64,000 bases of DNA from a bacterium (GCA_035527835.1 DATKZS010000109.1:819-64818), one strand, 5' to 3'. Positions 9,201 through 18,711 are shown, counted from the stretch's first letter. The notes: a model not told the origin generated them from the letters alone. Program-made: numbers and translations.

Positions 9201-9617
9201 GAAGGCTATCCGGAGTCTTTCGAGTATGACGATGCAACGCGGACGCTCCGTGTCGGCGCGGGCGAGTTCCGGCCCGTGGCGCCCGAAGTATTCGCTTTTG
9301 AGGTTTCTGGGCTCAAGGTGGTGCAGTCCTGGCTCAAATACCGAATGAAGAAAGGCGCGGGCAAGAAGTCCTCGCCTCTGGACGACATCCGGCCGGAGCG
9401 TTGGACCAGTCAATTCACCACCGAACTTCTAGAGCTGCTCTGGGTGTTGGAAGCGACGGTGGAAGGTTATCCCGAGCAGGCGCGGCTTTTGGATGCCGTG
9501 ATTAAAGGTCCCTGCTTCACCGCCCATGAGCTGCCCCCCGTCCCGGCCGCCGCCCGCAAACCTCCTTCCTCGCGGGAACTCGATCTTCTTGACCAGATGG
9601 AGCCGGATGAGGGTTGA
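6276..9617 (+). CDS. type IIL (MmeI-family) restriction-modification enzyme: N-terminal PD-(D/E)xK nuclease, N6-adenine methyltransferase, and C-terminal TRD
   Basis: The N-terminus APFETFILEV ... DYAV ... YVEMKAPG parallels the MmeI D-x(n)-EMK nuclease motif. Methyltransferase motif I LDPAAGTGTYLLG and motif IV NPPY (N6A class) are present. A long C-terminal region follows. Confidence 0.65.
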   Translation: MADEKAILEALLTFADTVTAKMTTLTPGEPEDQLRAPFETFILEVGRVLFRKIICTGETRLPGRIGKPDYAVHADDLLAGYVEMKAPGVGADPGRFSGHNRDQWKRFKAIPNLIYCDGNEWGLFRNGEKIGSIIRLSGDVAADGKKAVTSENARSITKLLTDFLSWKPIIPTTSKGEIDFKGFADLLAPLCRMLRDDVTDALKDPQSPLVQLAKDWRQLLFPDAPDEQFADAYAQTVTFALLLARSEGADPLTLDNAEKALSAEHGLLSRALQVLTDPGAQSEISASLNLIMRVVAEVPPLSLSGPQDPWLYFYEYFLAAYDPKLRKDAGAYYTPVEVVRAQVRLIDDLLVNRLGKPLGFVDSGVVTLDPAAGTGTYLLGVIGHALGRIEAEQGAGAVAGMATALAANLYGFELMVGPYAVTELRVSRALKNKGASLPPEGTRVYLTDTLESPNAKPSELPFYLKPIAEQHAKALKVKINVPVIVCLGNPPYDRHEAATAENQARTGGWVRWGDDGKGYRLKDDREKDDEFEDAIFHDFLESAKVAGHGVHVKNLYNLYVYFWRWALWKVFEHSTASGPGVVSFISASSYLDGDAFCGMREYLRRVCDEIWILDLGGEGRGTRKSDNVFAIQTPVAIGIAVRSGKAKKEKPAKVHYSSIEGARDDKLAKLDAIKDFKSLKWLDCPEGWQTPFRPAGKGKYFEWPLLTDLMPWQHSGAQLKRTWPISHEQETLKKRWRALLGSKDMKQAFRETRDRKVVSPCPQAPPNGNGEKALKSLPQDSEAPPIVRYAYRSFDRQWVFADNRLGDFLRPVLWGIHGERQVYLTSLLTKFLGAGPALTTCAAIPDLDHFSARGAKDVVPLYRTADASEANVLPGLLDLLGKAYRRVVKPEDFLAYIYGALAQPAFTGRFRNELETRELRVPVTKNAALFEKVRDIGSRLLWLHTYGERFVPKGEKRGQVPRGSAKCTKAVPGGQEGYPESFEYDDATRTLRVGAGEFRPVAPEVFAFEVSGLKVVQSWLKYRMKKGAGKKSSPLDDIRPERWTSQFTTELLELLWVLEATVEGYPEQARLLDAVIKGPCFTAHELPPVPAAARKPPSSRELDLLDQMEPDEG

Positions 9618-9778
9618 ATTAATCATCCCGGCATACCGCCCATTTATCAGTCAGCTTCCCGATTGATCCCTCTTACATCGGCGCGGCCCGGGGGCCTTGA
9701 ATCGCCGAGGAGAAAAATGGGGGAATCTTACAGATTGTAAAATCCCCGGACAGATAACGGGGCATGGATTGAGCTGGT

Positions 9779-9810
9779 CCGCCACCCTTATTGGGGGGCG
9801 GGCTTTTTTT
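9779..9810 (+). terminator. rho-independent terminator after the RM gene
   Basis: Hairpin CCGCCACCC-ttatt-GGGGGGCGG is followed by a TTTTTTT run. Confidence 0.5.
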
Positions 9811-10000
9811 GTAATGATCCTGCCGGGTTTGGGGGGATGGGGCCGGATGGATTCGCGGGGGCGTTGGCATGGGCATTGCTTTATTAAGGGAATGGCGGTT
9901 TACGCATTGAGATCATGAAGGGATTTCTTGAGGGGATTAACGGCTCGGCTGAGCTCGCCGAAGTCAGGATTTTCAGGATGGGGGAGGAGGGAGCGGCGCC

Positions 10001-11836
10001 GTGGGGAGAGAAATAGGGGACAGGGGTGACCCTCCCAGCAAAGACGGGGACAAGAGTGTCCCCGCCACCGATGGAGGATATTATTCGCGGCTGACGGCTC
10101 GGTTCGTGCTGATCACGCTCACGTGCTCGATCGTTCCGCTGCTGGTGGGCGGGTGGGGGATGTACGCTCATTACTCGCGGTTCGCGCGGGAGCGGACCAC
10201 TCGTCTGTTCGAGACGCGGGTGATGCACCACCGTCGGGTGATCGAGCTTTACCTCGCGGAGCGGAGCTCGTGCCTGAAGGTGCTGGCGGAGATGGAGTCG
10301 GCGGATGAGCTGACGCGGCCGGGTCGTCTGGCGGAGGTTCTCAAGCTGCTGAACGCGGAATACGGCGGGTCGTTCGGGGACCTCGGGGTGATCGGTGACG
10401 ACGGGCGTCACCTGGCGTACGCGGGGCCTTACGCGCTCATGGACAAGAATTACGCGGGGGCGTTGTGGTTTGGGCAGGTGATGGAGAAGGGGATCTACAT
10501 CAGCGACATGTTCACGGGATTCCGGGGTGTTCCGCATTTCGTGATCGCGGTGCGGCGGGATGAGGGGGGGCGGCCGTGGATCCTGCGGGCGACGGTGGCC
10601 ACGGAGCCGTTCCAGGACCTGGTTTCGGGCCTGCGGTTCGGGGAGAGCGGTGAGGTTTACCTGGTTAACCGGGAGGGGGTGTACCAGACGGCGCCGCGGT
10701 TCGTGGGCCGGGTGATGGAGCAGTCTCCGTTCGCGATGCCGGCTTTGCAGCCGGGCACGGTGGTGGAGGTAATGGAAGGGGCGGAAGAGCGGGACAAGAG
10801 TGTCCCGGCCACCATGAGTGTCCCGGCCACCAGGAGTGTCCCGCCCACCATGGCGCGGGGCCAGCGGATCGTGGCGCGGTCTTGGCTTGAGGACCCGAAG
10901 TGGATGCTGGTGGTGAGCCAGGATTACGGGGAGGCGTTCGCGGACGTGGGCCACGCCCAGCGGGTGATGGCGCTGGCGCTGGTTGTTTCGGCGCTGACGA
11001 TCGTGGCGGTGAGCTGGCTCACGGCGCGGCGGATGGCGGGGGCGGTGCGGGAGCGGGACCGGGAAAGGGAGCGTCTTAACCGGAAGCTGATGGAGACGAG
11101 CCGGATGGCGACGATCGGGGAGCTTTCGGCGGGGGTCGCGCACGAGATCAACAACCCGCTGGCGATCATCCTGACGGAGAAGGAGCTGATGGCGGATTAC
11201 CTGGCCGCGGCGGCGGGGGTGGCGCCGGAGTTCCGGGGCCAGCTCGCGGAGTCGCTGGAACAGATCGGGGCCCAGATCCGGCGGTGCAAGCGGATCACGC
11301 AGGGTCTGCTCAAGTTCTCTCGTCCGGCGGGTCCGGCGCTGGAGCGGGTTGATCTCAACTCGCTGCTCAAGGAAATCCTGGACCTGTTGGGGAGAGAGGC
11401 CCGTGGGGACGGGATCGAGTTCCGGGCCGAGTTCGAGGCGGGTCTGCCGGAGATATTGGCCGACCCGGCGGAGCTGCAGCAGGTTTTCATGAACCTGATC
11501 GGGAACGCGATTGACGCGCACGAAGGCCGGAGGGGGGGGACGATCCGGATCGTGACTGCGGCCGGGGACGGCGGCGTCAAGGTGGCGGTCGCGGACAGCG
11601 GGCCGGGGATCAAGCGCGAGCACCTGGACAAAATCTTCGAGCCGTTTTTCACGACCAAGCCGGTGGGCAAGGGCACGGGCCTGGGGCTGTGGATCTGCTA
11701 CAACATATTGCAGCGTCGGGGCGGGAGCATCTCGGTGCGCAGCGAGCCGGGCCGGGGCACGGAGTTCGAGGTGCTGCTGCCGTCGTCGCCCCCGGGGCGG
11801 ACGGGGGAGCACGCGGAGCAGGGGGGCTCGGGATGA
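10001..11836 (+). CDS. sensor histidine kinase (membrane-anchored periplasmic sensor, HisKA and HATPase_c)
   Basis: A TM helix near the N-terminus is followed by the H-box [11 protein letters not shown] and the N, G1 and G2 boxes ([21 protein letters not shown]). Confidence 0.8.
   Translation: MGREIGDRGDPPSKDGDKSVPATDGGYYSRLTARFVLITLTCSIVPLLVGGWGMYAHYSRFARERTTRLFETRVMHHRRVIELYLAERSSCLKVLAEMESADELTRPGRLAEVLKLLNAEYGGSFGDLGVIGDDGRHLAYAGPYALMDKNYAGALWFGQVMEKGIYISDMFTGFRGVPHFVIAVRRDEGGRPWILRATVATEPFQDLVSGLRFGESGEVYLVNREGVYQTAPRFVGRVMEQSPFAMPALQPGTVVEVMEGAEERDKSVPATMSVPATRSVPPTMARGQRIVARSWLEDPKWMLVVSQDYGEAFADVGHAQRVMALALVVSALTIVAVSWLTARRMAGAVRERDRERERLNRKLMETSRMATIGELSAGVAHEINNPLAIILTEKELMADYLAAAAGVAPEFRGQLAESLEQIGAQIRRCKRITQGLLKFSRPAGPALERVDLNSLLKEILDLLGREARGDGIEFRAEFEAGLPEILADPAELQQVFMNLIGNAIDAHEGRRGGTIRIVTAAGDGGVKVAVADSGPGIKREHLDKIFEPFFTTKPVGKGTGLGLWICYNILQRRGGSISVRSEPGRGTEFEVLLPSSPPGRTGEHAEQGGSG
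10791..10849 (+). repeat. intragenic 18-nt tandem repeat x3 encoding [18 protein letters not shown]
   Basis: Unit agtgtcccggccacc plus a 3-nt spacer occurs three times. A related 23-mer gggacaagagtgtccccgccacc lies at 10046-10069 in the same gene and contains the GGACA/TGTCC inverted repeat. Confidence 0.7.
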
Positions 11837-11887
11837 GGAGGGCTTGAGGCTTGGGGCTTGGGGCTGCGCCGGAGAGGGGAGTAAGAC
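11837..11887. repeat. heptanucleotide tract (GGCTTGR)n between the histidine kinase and response regulator genes
   Basis: Sequence gggcttgaggcttggggcttggggctg. Confidence 0.55.
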
Positions 11888-12352
11888 ATGATCGGGACGA
11901 AGGTGCTCTTGGTGGACGATGAGAAGGTCTTCACCGACAACATGTCGCGTCTTCTTGAGGCGAGGGGTTACGTGGTCACGGTGGCCGGCAACGGGGAGCG
12001 CGCGGTGCGGGCGCTGCAGGGGGCCGGTTATGACGTGGTGGTGCTGGACCTGAAGATGCCGGGCAAGGACGGGCTGGCGACTCTAGAGGAGATCAAGAGG
12101 CTCGGTCTGCTCACGGAGACGCTGATCCTGACCGGCCACGGCTCGATAGACAGCGCGCTGGCGGCGCTGAAGCTCGGGGCTTACGACTACCTGACCAAGC
12201 CGTGCGAGGTCGGCGATCTGGCGGCGAAGATCGAGGGGGCGTGGAGGAAAAAGGACGAGGCGCGGATGAAGGAGCTTGAGGACAAGACCAAGAAGATCGT
12301 GGAGTCACCGCGCTCGGCGCTGGAGATGGGGCCGAGGAAGGGACGGAGGTAG
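11888..12352 (+). CDS. response regulator receiver protein (stand-alone REC domain)
   Basis: CheY-like fold with LLVDDE, phospho-acceptor motif VVLDLKMPGKDG, and the conserved Lys in KPC. Confidence 0.85.
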   Translation: MIGTKVLLVDDEKVFTDNMSRLLEARGYVVTVAGNGERAVRALQGAGYDVVVLDLKMPGKDGLATLEEIKRLGLLTETLILTGHGSIDSALAALKLGAYDYLTKPCEVGDLAAKIEGAWRKKDEARMKELEDKTKKIVESPRSALEMGPRKGRR

Positions 12353-12451
12353 GGGAGGCACAGGGCTTGGGGCTTGAGGCTTGGGGCTTGAGGATAGAGA
12401 CAAGGCATCTTGGCCTCACCCCTCACGCCTCACGCCTCAAGCCTCAGTCCA
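12353..12451. repeat. inverted heptanucleotide-repeat pair, (GGCTTGR)n and (CCTCACG)n, between convergent genes; likely a bidirectional terminator
   Basis: Sequence gggcttggggcttgaggcttggggcttgagg is followed by cctcacccctcacgcctcacgcctcaagcctcag. The two are imperfect reverse complements of each other. Confidence 0.6.
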
Positions 12452-14269
12452 CTACTCCGCGGCGAGGGCCTCGCGGACCTTGGCGGCGATGGCGGCGGCG
12501 GTGAAGGGTTTTTGGAGGAAGGCGGTCCCGGGCTCGATGACGCCGTGATGGACGATGGCGTTGTCGGTGTATCCGGACATGTAGAGGGCCTTGATTCGGG
12601 GCCGGGATTGCTGAAGCAGGTTGAAGAGCTCGCGTCCGTTCTTGTCGGGGAGCACGACGTCGGTGAGGAGGAGGTGGATTGTTCCCGGGTATTGGCGGGC
12701 GGCGGCGAGAGCGGCCCCGCAATCCTCGGCCTCGATCACGCGGTAGCCGGCGCCGGCCAGGAAGCGGGCGGCGAGCTTGCGCACGTTCTCGTCGTCCTCC
12801 ACCACCAGAATGGTCTCATCGCCTGTGAGCGGAGTCGCTTCATGCGTTGCCCTTTCCTCCTCTTTTGCGCCGAAAAAGCGAGGCAGGTACACCTTGAAGG
12901 CGGCGCCCTTGCCGGGCTCGCTGTACACGTAAATATTGCCTCCGCTCTGCTTGACGATTCCGTACACGGTGGACAGTCCGAGTCCGGTGCCCATTCCGAG
13001 CTCCTTGGTGGTGAAGAACGGCTCGAAGATGCGCCGGCGGGTCTCCTGGTCCATGCCGCGTCCGGTGTCGCTGACGGAGAGCATGACGTGGGGCCCGGTG
13101 GCGGCGTCCACGTGCGAGGCGGCGTACTCCTCGTCGAGGACGATGTTTCCGGTCTCGATGGTGAGCTTGCCTCCGTTGGCCATGGCGTCGCGGGCGTTGA
13201 TGGCGAGGTTCATGATGATCTGCTCGACCTGGGCGGGATCGGCGCGGACCTCGCCCAGCTCGGGGTCGAGGATGGTTTCCAGCACGATGTCCTCGCCGAG
13301 GATGCGGCAAAGCATCTTCTCGATGTCCTTGACCATGAAGTTGAGGTCGAGGACCTTGGGCTGGAGCACCTGCTTGCGGCTGAAGGCCAGGAGCTGGGCG
13401 GTGAGGGCGGCGGCCTTTTCGCCGGCGCGCTTGATCTCGGCGGCGTCCATGGAATTGGGATGACTTGGTCCCAGCGCGTCGAGCATGAGCTCGGAGAGGC
13501 CCATGATCACGGTGAGCTGGTTGTTGAAGTCATGGGCGACGCCCCCGGCGAGGCGTCCCACGGCCTCCATCTTCTGGGACTGGAGCAACTGCTCCTCCAG
13601 GCTCCTCTGCTCAGTGACGTCAATGATGACGCCTTCCACCGCAACGGGGCCCAGATCGGGCACGGCGATGCCCTGATCGAGGACCCACTTTTCCTCTCCG
13701 CCCGCCAAGCGGATGCGGTAAGTGAGGCTGTAGGGCCGGCCGTGGTCCAGGGCCTGGCGCATGGAAGACCACATGAACTCGCGGTCCTCGGGATGGACCA
13801 GAGCGCCATACGACGTCTTCTTGCTTCCGGCCAGGTCCTGGTCCGCCAGGCCCAGCAGGGCGGCGCTGCCCTCGCTCACGAACTCCATGGTCCGGTCCCG
13901 GTCGGCGCGGCCCCGGTAAAACAAGCTGGGCAGGTGTTGGTTGAGCGCCGAGATGATGTGCTGGTATTCCTTGAGCGCCTCTTCCGTCCGGGCTCCATCC
14001 AGGCGCAGGCGCTCCTCGGAACGCGTGAGCTCGGAGGCCGCGATCTCCCGCTGGCGCTGGAAGCGCGAGACGATGACGCCGAGGAGAATGAACAACGCGA
14101 GCACCATCGCGCGCATGAAGATCTCGTGCGCGGGGACGCGGGTGATCATGGCGGCGGCCAGCGATCCCGGCACTTGATGAAAGACATAGCAATCGAGGAC
14201 GGAGTCCAGGACCCAGAACAGGACCCCCAACATGGCGGAGGCGAGGATGATGTTTTTCCCGCGTTTCAT
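12452..14269 (-). CDS. hybrid sensor histidine kinase (TM, PAS-like, HisKA, HATPase, C-terminal receiver)
   Basis: The H-box [12 protein letters not shown], an HATPase motif with GLGL, and a C-terminal REC domain ([11 protein letters not shown]) are present. The longer ORF extends to 14410, but the Met at 14269 (MKRGKNIIL) immediately precedes the TM segment and has a GAAGG Shine-Dalgarno. Confidence 0.8.
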   Translation of the reverse strand: MKRGKNIILASAMLGVLFWVLDSVLDCYVFHQVPGSLAAAMITRVPAHEIFMRAMVLALFILLGVIVSRFQRQREIAASELTRSEERLRLDGARTEEALKEYQHIISALNQHLPSLFYRGRADRDRTMEFVSEGSAALLGLADQDLAGSKKTSYGALVHPEDREFMWSSMRQALDHGRPYSLTYRIRLAGGEEKWVLDQGIAVPDLGPVAVEGVIIDVTEQRSLEEQLLQSQKMEAVGRLAGGVAHDFNNQLTVIMGLSELMLDALGPSHPNSMDAAEIKRAGEKAAALTAQLLAFSRKQVLQPKVLDLNFMVKDIEKMLCRILGEDIVLETILDPELGEVRADPAQVEQIIMNLAINARDAMANGGKLTIETGNIVLDEEYAASHVDAATGPHVMLSVSDTGRGMDQETRRRIFEPFFTTKELGMGTGLGLSTVYGIVKQSGGNIYVYSEPGKGAAFKVYLPRFFGAKEEERATHEATPLTGDETILVVEDDENVRKLAARFLAGAGYRVIEAEDCGAALAAARQYPGTIHLLLTDVVLPDKNGRELFNLLQQSRPRIKALYMSGYTDNAIVHHGVIEPGTAFLQKPFTAAAIAAKVREALAAE

Positions 14270-14657
14270 GATAACCTTCAACTGGCCCGATCCGAAGAAC
14301 GGCGCCTGCCGACCTGGCGGCCATAGCGCGCGGGCAAAGGCAACCATGCATACGCGGCAGTGCTTGACCCGCGGAAGTTCTCCGCCGGCACGGATCATGG
14401 CTCCGAACACTCAAGGCGCAAATACTATCATGCGGTATCTATCAAAGAATGTGTATTGGGCAGTCTAGCACATCCGATAATAATGTCAAGAAAATAATTC
14501 GTATCAGGGTTATTTTTTCGGGGGGGGCCGCGGGAACCATCACTACGATGTCCGGAAGGGCGCTCCGACGCCAGGCACTGCGGTTTCGTGGGGGGCTCTC
14601 ACGAATATAGAATTTATTGAGGAGTGATGCTAATATGAGGCGCAACCGGAAAGGAGG

Positions 14658-16142
14658 ATGAGGATGGGCCGGAAAGTATTAATTTTCGGGAGCGGGGCGG
14701 TGATCGGGGCACTGGTGGCGGTGGCCATCGGGTGCCTGCAAATCCGGAGCCCGAAGGTGGTGGTTCGGGAGCCGGCGGCGCCGGGCGAGTCCACCTTGAC
14801 GTACACTCCGCCGCCCGAAGCCACGCTCTCGGCGGAGATGGCGGCCAAGGCCGCGCCCATGCTGCTCACCATGATCAGCCCGAAGATCGTGAAGGTGAAG
14901 GACGGCGTTTACGTGGCCATGGGTTACGCGCTGGGCAACGTGGCGATGGTGGTGACGGACGATGGCCTGGTGATCGTGGACACCACGGAGCGCGAGGAAG
15001 CGGCCAAGAAGATCATGGCGGAGTTCCGGAAGATCTCGGACCAGCCGGTGCGCTACGTGGTCTATACCCACTTCCACCCGGACCACACCCAGGGCACGCG
15101 GGCCTTCATGGGGCCGGGCACGCGGGTGATCGCGACCAGGGCCTTCCTCTACTGGATCGCCTACCAGAACGAGCTGCTGGGCACGCACCACCGCCGGTCG
15201 CGGGCGACGCAGGCGGGGCTCAGGGAGCCGGAATGGGCCTTTGACATGCCCATCTCCCGGAACCCGTTCCTGGGAGCGTGGAAAAAGCCCGAGGTGGTGA
15301 TGCCCACCATCACGTTCGAGGATGACTACAGCTTCACGCTGGGGGGCAAGCGCTTCGAGCTGTTTGCGACGCAGGGCGAGACCGAGGACCACCTGGCCAT
15401 GTGGATGCCGGACGAGCGCGTGCTCTTTGTGGGCGACCTGTATTACAAGTCCTTCCCCAACCTGTCCACCCCCATGCTCGAATCGCGGCCGGTGCAGGGA
15501 TGGATTGATTCGCTCACCCGCTTCATCGGCATGAAGCCGGAATACCTGGTGCTCGGGCACACCGAGCCGCTCCAAGGCGCGGACCTCATCGCCGAGCACC
15601 TCACCAACTACCGCGACGCCGTCGAGTACGTGCACGACGAAACCGTGCGCTGCATCAACGAGGGCAAGACCGTGGACCAGGCCGTGGCCGAGATCAAGCT
15701 GCCGGAGCGGCTGGCCAAGCTCGACTACCTGAACCCGGCGTACGGCCGGGTGGACTGGTCGGTGCGGGGCATCTATCACGGCTACAAGGGCTGGTACGAC
15801 GGCCAGGGCACGGCCCTGAACCCGCTGCCGCCCCAGTACCGGGCGCGCGAGCTGGTGCAACTGGCCGGTGGCGCCGACAAAATCCTGGCCCGCGCCATCG
15901 AGCTGCAAAAGAACGGCGAGCACCAGCTCACCGCCGAGCTCTGCGACCTGGTCATCGCCGCGAACCCGGCCGACAAGCTCGCCCACCGCATCAAGGCCGC
16001 CTCCATGCAGTACATGGCCTACGGCTTCAATAACCTCAACTGCTTCGGCTTCTACCGCTCGGCCTACTCCCTGGAAATGAAGGCCGCGGGAGAGCCGCCC
16101 CGCAGCGAAAAGTCGTCGGACGCCCAGGGCGTGAGCAAATAA
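14658..16142 (+). CDS. MBL-fold metallo-hydrolase (alkyl/aryl-sulfatase-like), membrane-anchored or secreted
   Basis: Motif THFHPDHTQG (HxHxDH) is present, an N-terminal hydrophobic helix is present, and an AAGGAGG Shine-Dalgarno precedes the start. Confidence 0.7.
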   Translation: MRMGRKVLIFGSGAVIGALVAVAIGCLQIRSPKVVVREPAAPGESTLTYTPPPEATLSAEMAAKAAPMLLTMISPKIVKVKDGVYVAMGYALGNVAMVVTDDGLVIVDTTEREEAAKKIMAEFRKISDQPVRYVVYTHFHPDHTQGTRAFMGPGTRVIATRAFLYWIAYQNELLGTHHRRSRATQAGLREPEWAFDMPISRNPFLGAWKKPEVVMPTITFEDDYSFTLGGKRFELFATQGETEDHLAMWMPDERVLFVGDLYYKSFPNLSTPMLESRPVQGWIDSLTRFIGMKPEYLVLGHTEPLQGADLIAEHLTNYRDAVEYVHDETVRCINEGKTVDQAVAEIKLPERLAKLDYLNPAYGRVDWSVRGIYHGYKGWYDGQGTALNPLPPQYRARELVQLAGGADKILARAIELQKNGEHQLTAELCDLVIAANPADKLAHRIKAASMQYMAYGFNNLNCFGFYRSAYSLEMKAAGEPPRSEKSSDAQGVSK

Positions 16143-16226
16143 AGGCTGCGAATTATTATAGCACTGTTGGATTTGAAGGTGTTAAGAATGCTGTAATGTT
16201 GCTTACACTAAGACGGAGGGCATAAA

Positions 16227-17159
16227 ATGGGTAAGGCAAATAAGCAAAAGCCCGATAGCAAGGCAAAGGCTGGATGTTTTAGGTATCCTCTAATTGTTAT
16301 TATTGCCTTCTTTATCTATGCCCCTCCTGTTTGTGTGAGCAAGTCTCAAAACCATATATTCGTAGATGGTCCTTCTGATCTTTATGATATCCATAGCCTG
16401 GCTCGGAGAGGCAAGACCCCTCTTGTCATTATCTACACCCTATTTAGTCCCAAATTGGTGAATTCGATTGATGATGGTAAGACCCCTCTCCATCTAGCAG
16501 CGGCAAACGGCCATACTTTCATGGTTCACTATTTGGTTTGGATAAAGGCTGACGTAAACAATAGGGGTCGAACCACGCCGCTAGAAGAAGCTCTCATCAG
16601 CGCCGCCAATATTAATCGCGCCAACCGCATTGCAAAGTATCTTATTGATCATGGATCTAAAATAAATCCTAAATCGGGTAGAGCGCCATTAAGCGTTGCT
16701 GTTTCCTATTGTAATACAGAAATGGCAAGCTATCTAATTGATAAAGGGGCGGATGTCAATTATGGCTCTCCGATTCTGCTCGCTACTCGTTGTGATGGTA
16801 ACATGTTAAAACTACTTGTGGATCATGGAGCAAATATTAACGCACGTTATAGGGATGGGAGGACTTTCCTGCACCAATTGGTTCTTGAAATGCCGAGTCC
16901 TCGATATGAACTCTTTCCTATACTTGCCGAAAATGGGATTGATCTCAATGCACAGGACGAACAAGGAAATACCTTTGTTCATTTGGCAGTTAATAAGGGA
17001 GATATAAAATTTATAGAACTTGCCATTGAGTATGGCGCTGCTGTGAATATCAATAATAATGAAGGAAAATCTCCTCTTGACCTAGCATTGGAAAAACCCA
17101 AGTATAAGATAACTGAGATTATAATTAACCAGCTGATAAATGAAGCTTCCATAAAATAG
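16227..17159 (+). CDS. ankyrin-repeat protein with N-terminal signal/TM segment (low-GC island)
   Basis: Ankyrin motifs GKTPLHLAAANGH...LV are repeated several times. The region is AT-rich relative to its flanks, and a GGAGGG Shine-Dalgarno precedes the start. Confidence 0.8.
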   Translation: MGKANKQKPDSKAKAGCFRYPLIVIIAFFIYAPPVCVSKSQNHIFVDGPSDLYDIHSLARRGKTPLVIIYTLFSPKLVNSIDDGKTPLHLAAANGHTFMVHYLVWIKADVNNRGRTTPLEEALISAANINRANRIAKYLIDHGSKINPKSGRAPLSVAVSYCNTEMASYLIDKGADVNYGSPILLATRCDGNMLKLLVDHGANINARYRDGRTFLHQLVLEMPSPRYELFPILAENGIDLNAQDEQGNTFVHLAVNKGDIKFIELAIEYGAAVNINNNEGKSPLDLALEKPKYKITEIIINQLINEASIK

Positions 17160-17231
17160 CGCGTTATTTTCTTAAATTCCGTAAATTCCGGGGACACAAT
17201 ACCTAACCAGCCCCATCTTCTCATCTTCACC

Positions 17232-17392
17232 TCATCGCCCGGTCAATTGCTCCATTTTTTCGGGATAGCGGGTGCCTTGGACGGTGATCTGGGAGGCGGC
17301 GGTTTGGATGTCGCGGAGGTCGGCGGAGGTGAGCTCGACCTTGACCGCTCCGATGTTCTCGTCCAGGCGCTCGAGTTTGGGGCGTGACGGGT
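17232..17392 (-). pseudogene. 3' remnant of an aldo/keto reductase gene
   Basis: Minus-strand translation gives ...PKLERLDENIGAVKVELTSADLRDIQTAASQITVQGTRYPEKMEQLTGR* — the typical AKR C-terminus (the preceding 5' codons run into the arm of the hairpin element at 17389). The 5' three-quarters of the gene is missing and its place is taken by the hairpin element at 17389. Confidence 0.55.
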
Positions 17393-17475
17393 CAGTGCTT
17401 CAGTTTTCAGTTAATCTGGGGAATGTTCATGACCTGGGGAGACTCGCGATTAACTGAAAACTGAAGCACTGACCC
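17389..17475. repeat. long inverted-repeat hairpin element (copy 1 of 2)
   Basis: Sequence GGGTCAGTGCTTCAGTTTTCAGTTAAT ... ATTAACTGAAAACTGAAGCACTGACCC forms a roughly 27-bp stem. A near-identical architecture is found at 46717-46803. Confidence 0.75.
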
Positions 17476-17550
17476 TGGCGACTTTTGCTGGACAGGGAGA
17501 TGTTGTAGCATGGAGACAAGGCGGGCCGGGGTCATCCGGAGGAAAACGTC

Positions 17551-18603
17551 ATGGCCGGGCTCGATTGGCGGGAGATGAAAAACACAAAGGCGATAAAGGT
17601 ATCTGAGATCGCGGAGCTGGTCGGCGGCGAGGTGGTTGGTGACGGCGGCGCGGAGGTGAAGGGCGTGGCGTCGCTGGAGGAGGCGGGGCCGGAGGACGTG
17701 AGTTTTTGGGGTAGCGTGAAGCACAAGGACGCGGCCATGGCGAGCAAGGCGGGCGCGCTGATCGTGGGCAAGGCGATCAAGAAGGACGTGCCGCAAGTGG
17801 CGGTGGCTGATCCTTATGCCGCGTTCGTCAAGGTGATGGAGTATTTTCATCCAGTGGCACGGCCGGAGCCGGGCGTGCATAAGACGGCGGTGGTGGAGAA
17901 GGACGTCACGCTGGGCGCGGACGTCTCCGTGGGCGCGCTCGCGGTGGTGGGCGCGGGGACCAGGATCGGGGCGCGGAGCGTGATCGGCGCGGGCGCCGTG
18001 ATGGGACCGGGGTGCGAGATCGGAGAGGACTGCGTGGTCCATGCCCGGGTCACGCTGTACGCGGGCACGCGGGTGGGATCGCGGGTGGTCATCCATTCGG
18101 GCACGGTGATCGGGTCGGACGGGTTCGGGTACATCCTGTCGGACCAGGGCCACGTGAAGAAGCCGCAGGTGGGCCGGGTGGTGATCGGGGACGACGTGGA
18201 GATCGGGGCCAACTGCGCGATTGACCGGGCCATGCTGGACGCCACGGTGATCGGGGCGGGGACCAAGCTCGACAACCTGGTGCACGTGGCCCACGGGGTG
18301 CGGATGGGAAGAAATTGCATCCTGCTAGCGGGCGCGATGGTGGGCGGCAGCGTGAGGCTGGGGGATTTCTGCATCATCTCCGGGAACGTGACGATCAAGG
18401 ACAACATCACGCTGGGCGACCGGGTGACGGTGGCGGGCCATTCGGCGGTGGCGGACGACGTGGCGTCGGGTCAGACGGTGTGGGGCTTCCCCGCCATGCC
18501 CTTCTCGCTGGCCAAGCGCGTGTTCGGCAGGGCCAAGCAGCTCCCGGACCTGTTCACGCGGGTCAGGGCGCTGGAAAAGAAAATGAAGAAGGAAGATAAA
18601 TAA
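17551..18603 (+). CDS. lpxD: UDP-3-O-acylglucosamine N-acyltransferase
   Basis: An N-terminal LpxD-type domain is followed by many hexapeptide (left-handed beta-helix) repeats. The length is about 350 aa, and a GGAGGA Shine-Dalgarno sits 8 nt upstream. Confidence 0.8.
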   Translation: MAGLDWREMKNTKAIKVSEIAELVGGEVVGDGGAEVKGVASLEEAGPEDVSFWGSVKHKDAAMASKAGALIVGKAIKKDVPQVAVADPYAAFVKVMEYFHPVARPEPGVHKTAVVEKDVTLGADVSVGALAVVGAGTRIGARSVIGAGAVMGPGCEIGEDCVVHARVTLYAGTRVGSRVVIHSGTVIGSDGFGYILSDQGHVKKPQVGRVVIGDDVEIGANCAIDRAMLDATVIGAGTKLDNLVHVAHGVRMGRNCILLAGAMVGGSVRLGDFCIISGNVTIKDNITLGDRVTVAGHSAVADDVASGQTVWGFPAMPFSLAKRVFGRAKQLPDLFTRVRALEKKMKKEDK

Positions 18604-18711
18604 AGAGCCGCGCGGCGATTGACCTGGCCCCATGGTCTTTGCTAGAATGGGTAATTCAATGACTCAAGAGACGGGACGCGGGAAATTCACCCCAACCAAG
18701 GAGGAGACGGC

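Noticed and set aside
9884-11812. 642-aa minus-strand ORF over the sensor kinase
   Set aside because: No motifs and an Arg/Pro/His-rich composition. The plus frame has the H-box and HATPase motifs.
12410-14326. 638-aa plus-strand ORF over the hybrid kinase
   Set aside because: Gly/Asp/Glu/Leu-rich antisense artefact. The minus frame has HisKA, HATPase and REC motifs.
14679-15986. 435-aa minus ORF antisense to the MBL hydrolase
   Set aside because: The plus frame has the HxHxDH metallo-beta-lactamase motif. The minus frame is a compositional artefact.
17272-17457. 61-aa plus ORF between the ankyrin gene and lpxD
   Set aside because: It lies antisense to the aldo/keto reductase remnant and runs into the hairpin element. 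It has no ribosome-binding site.
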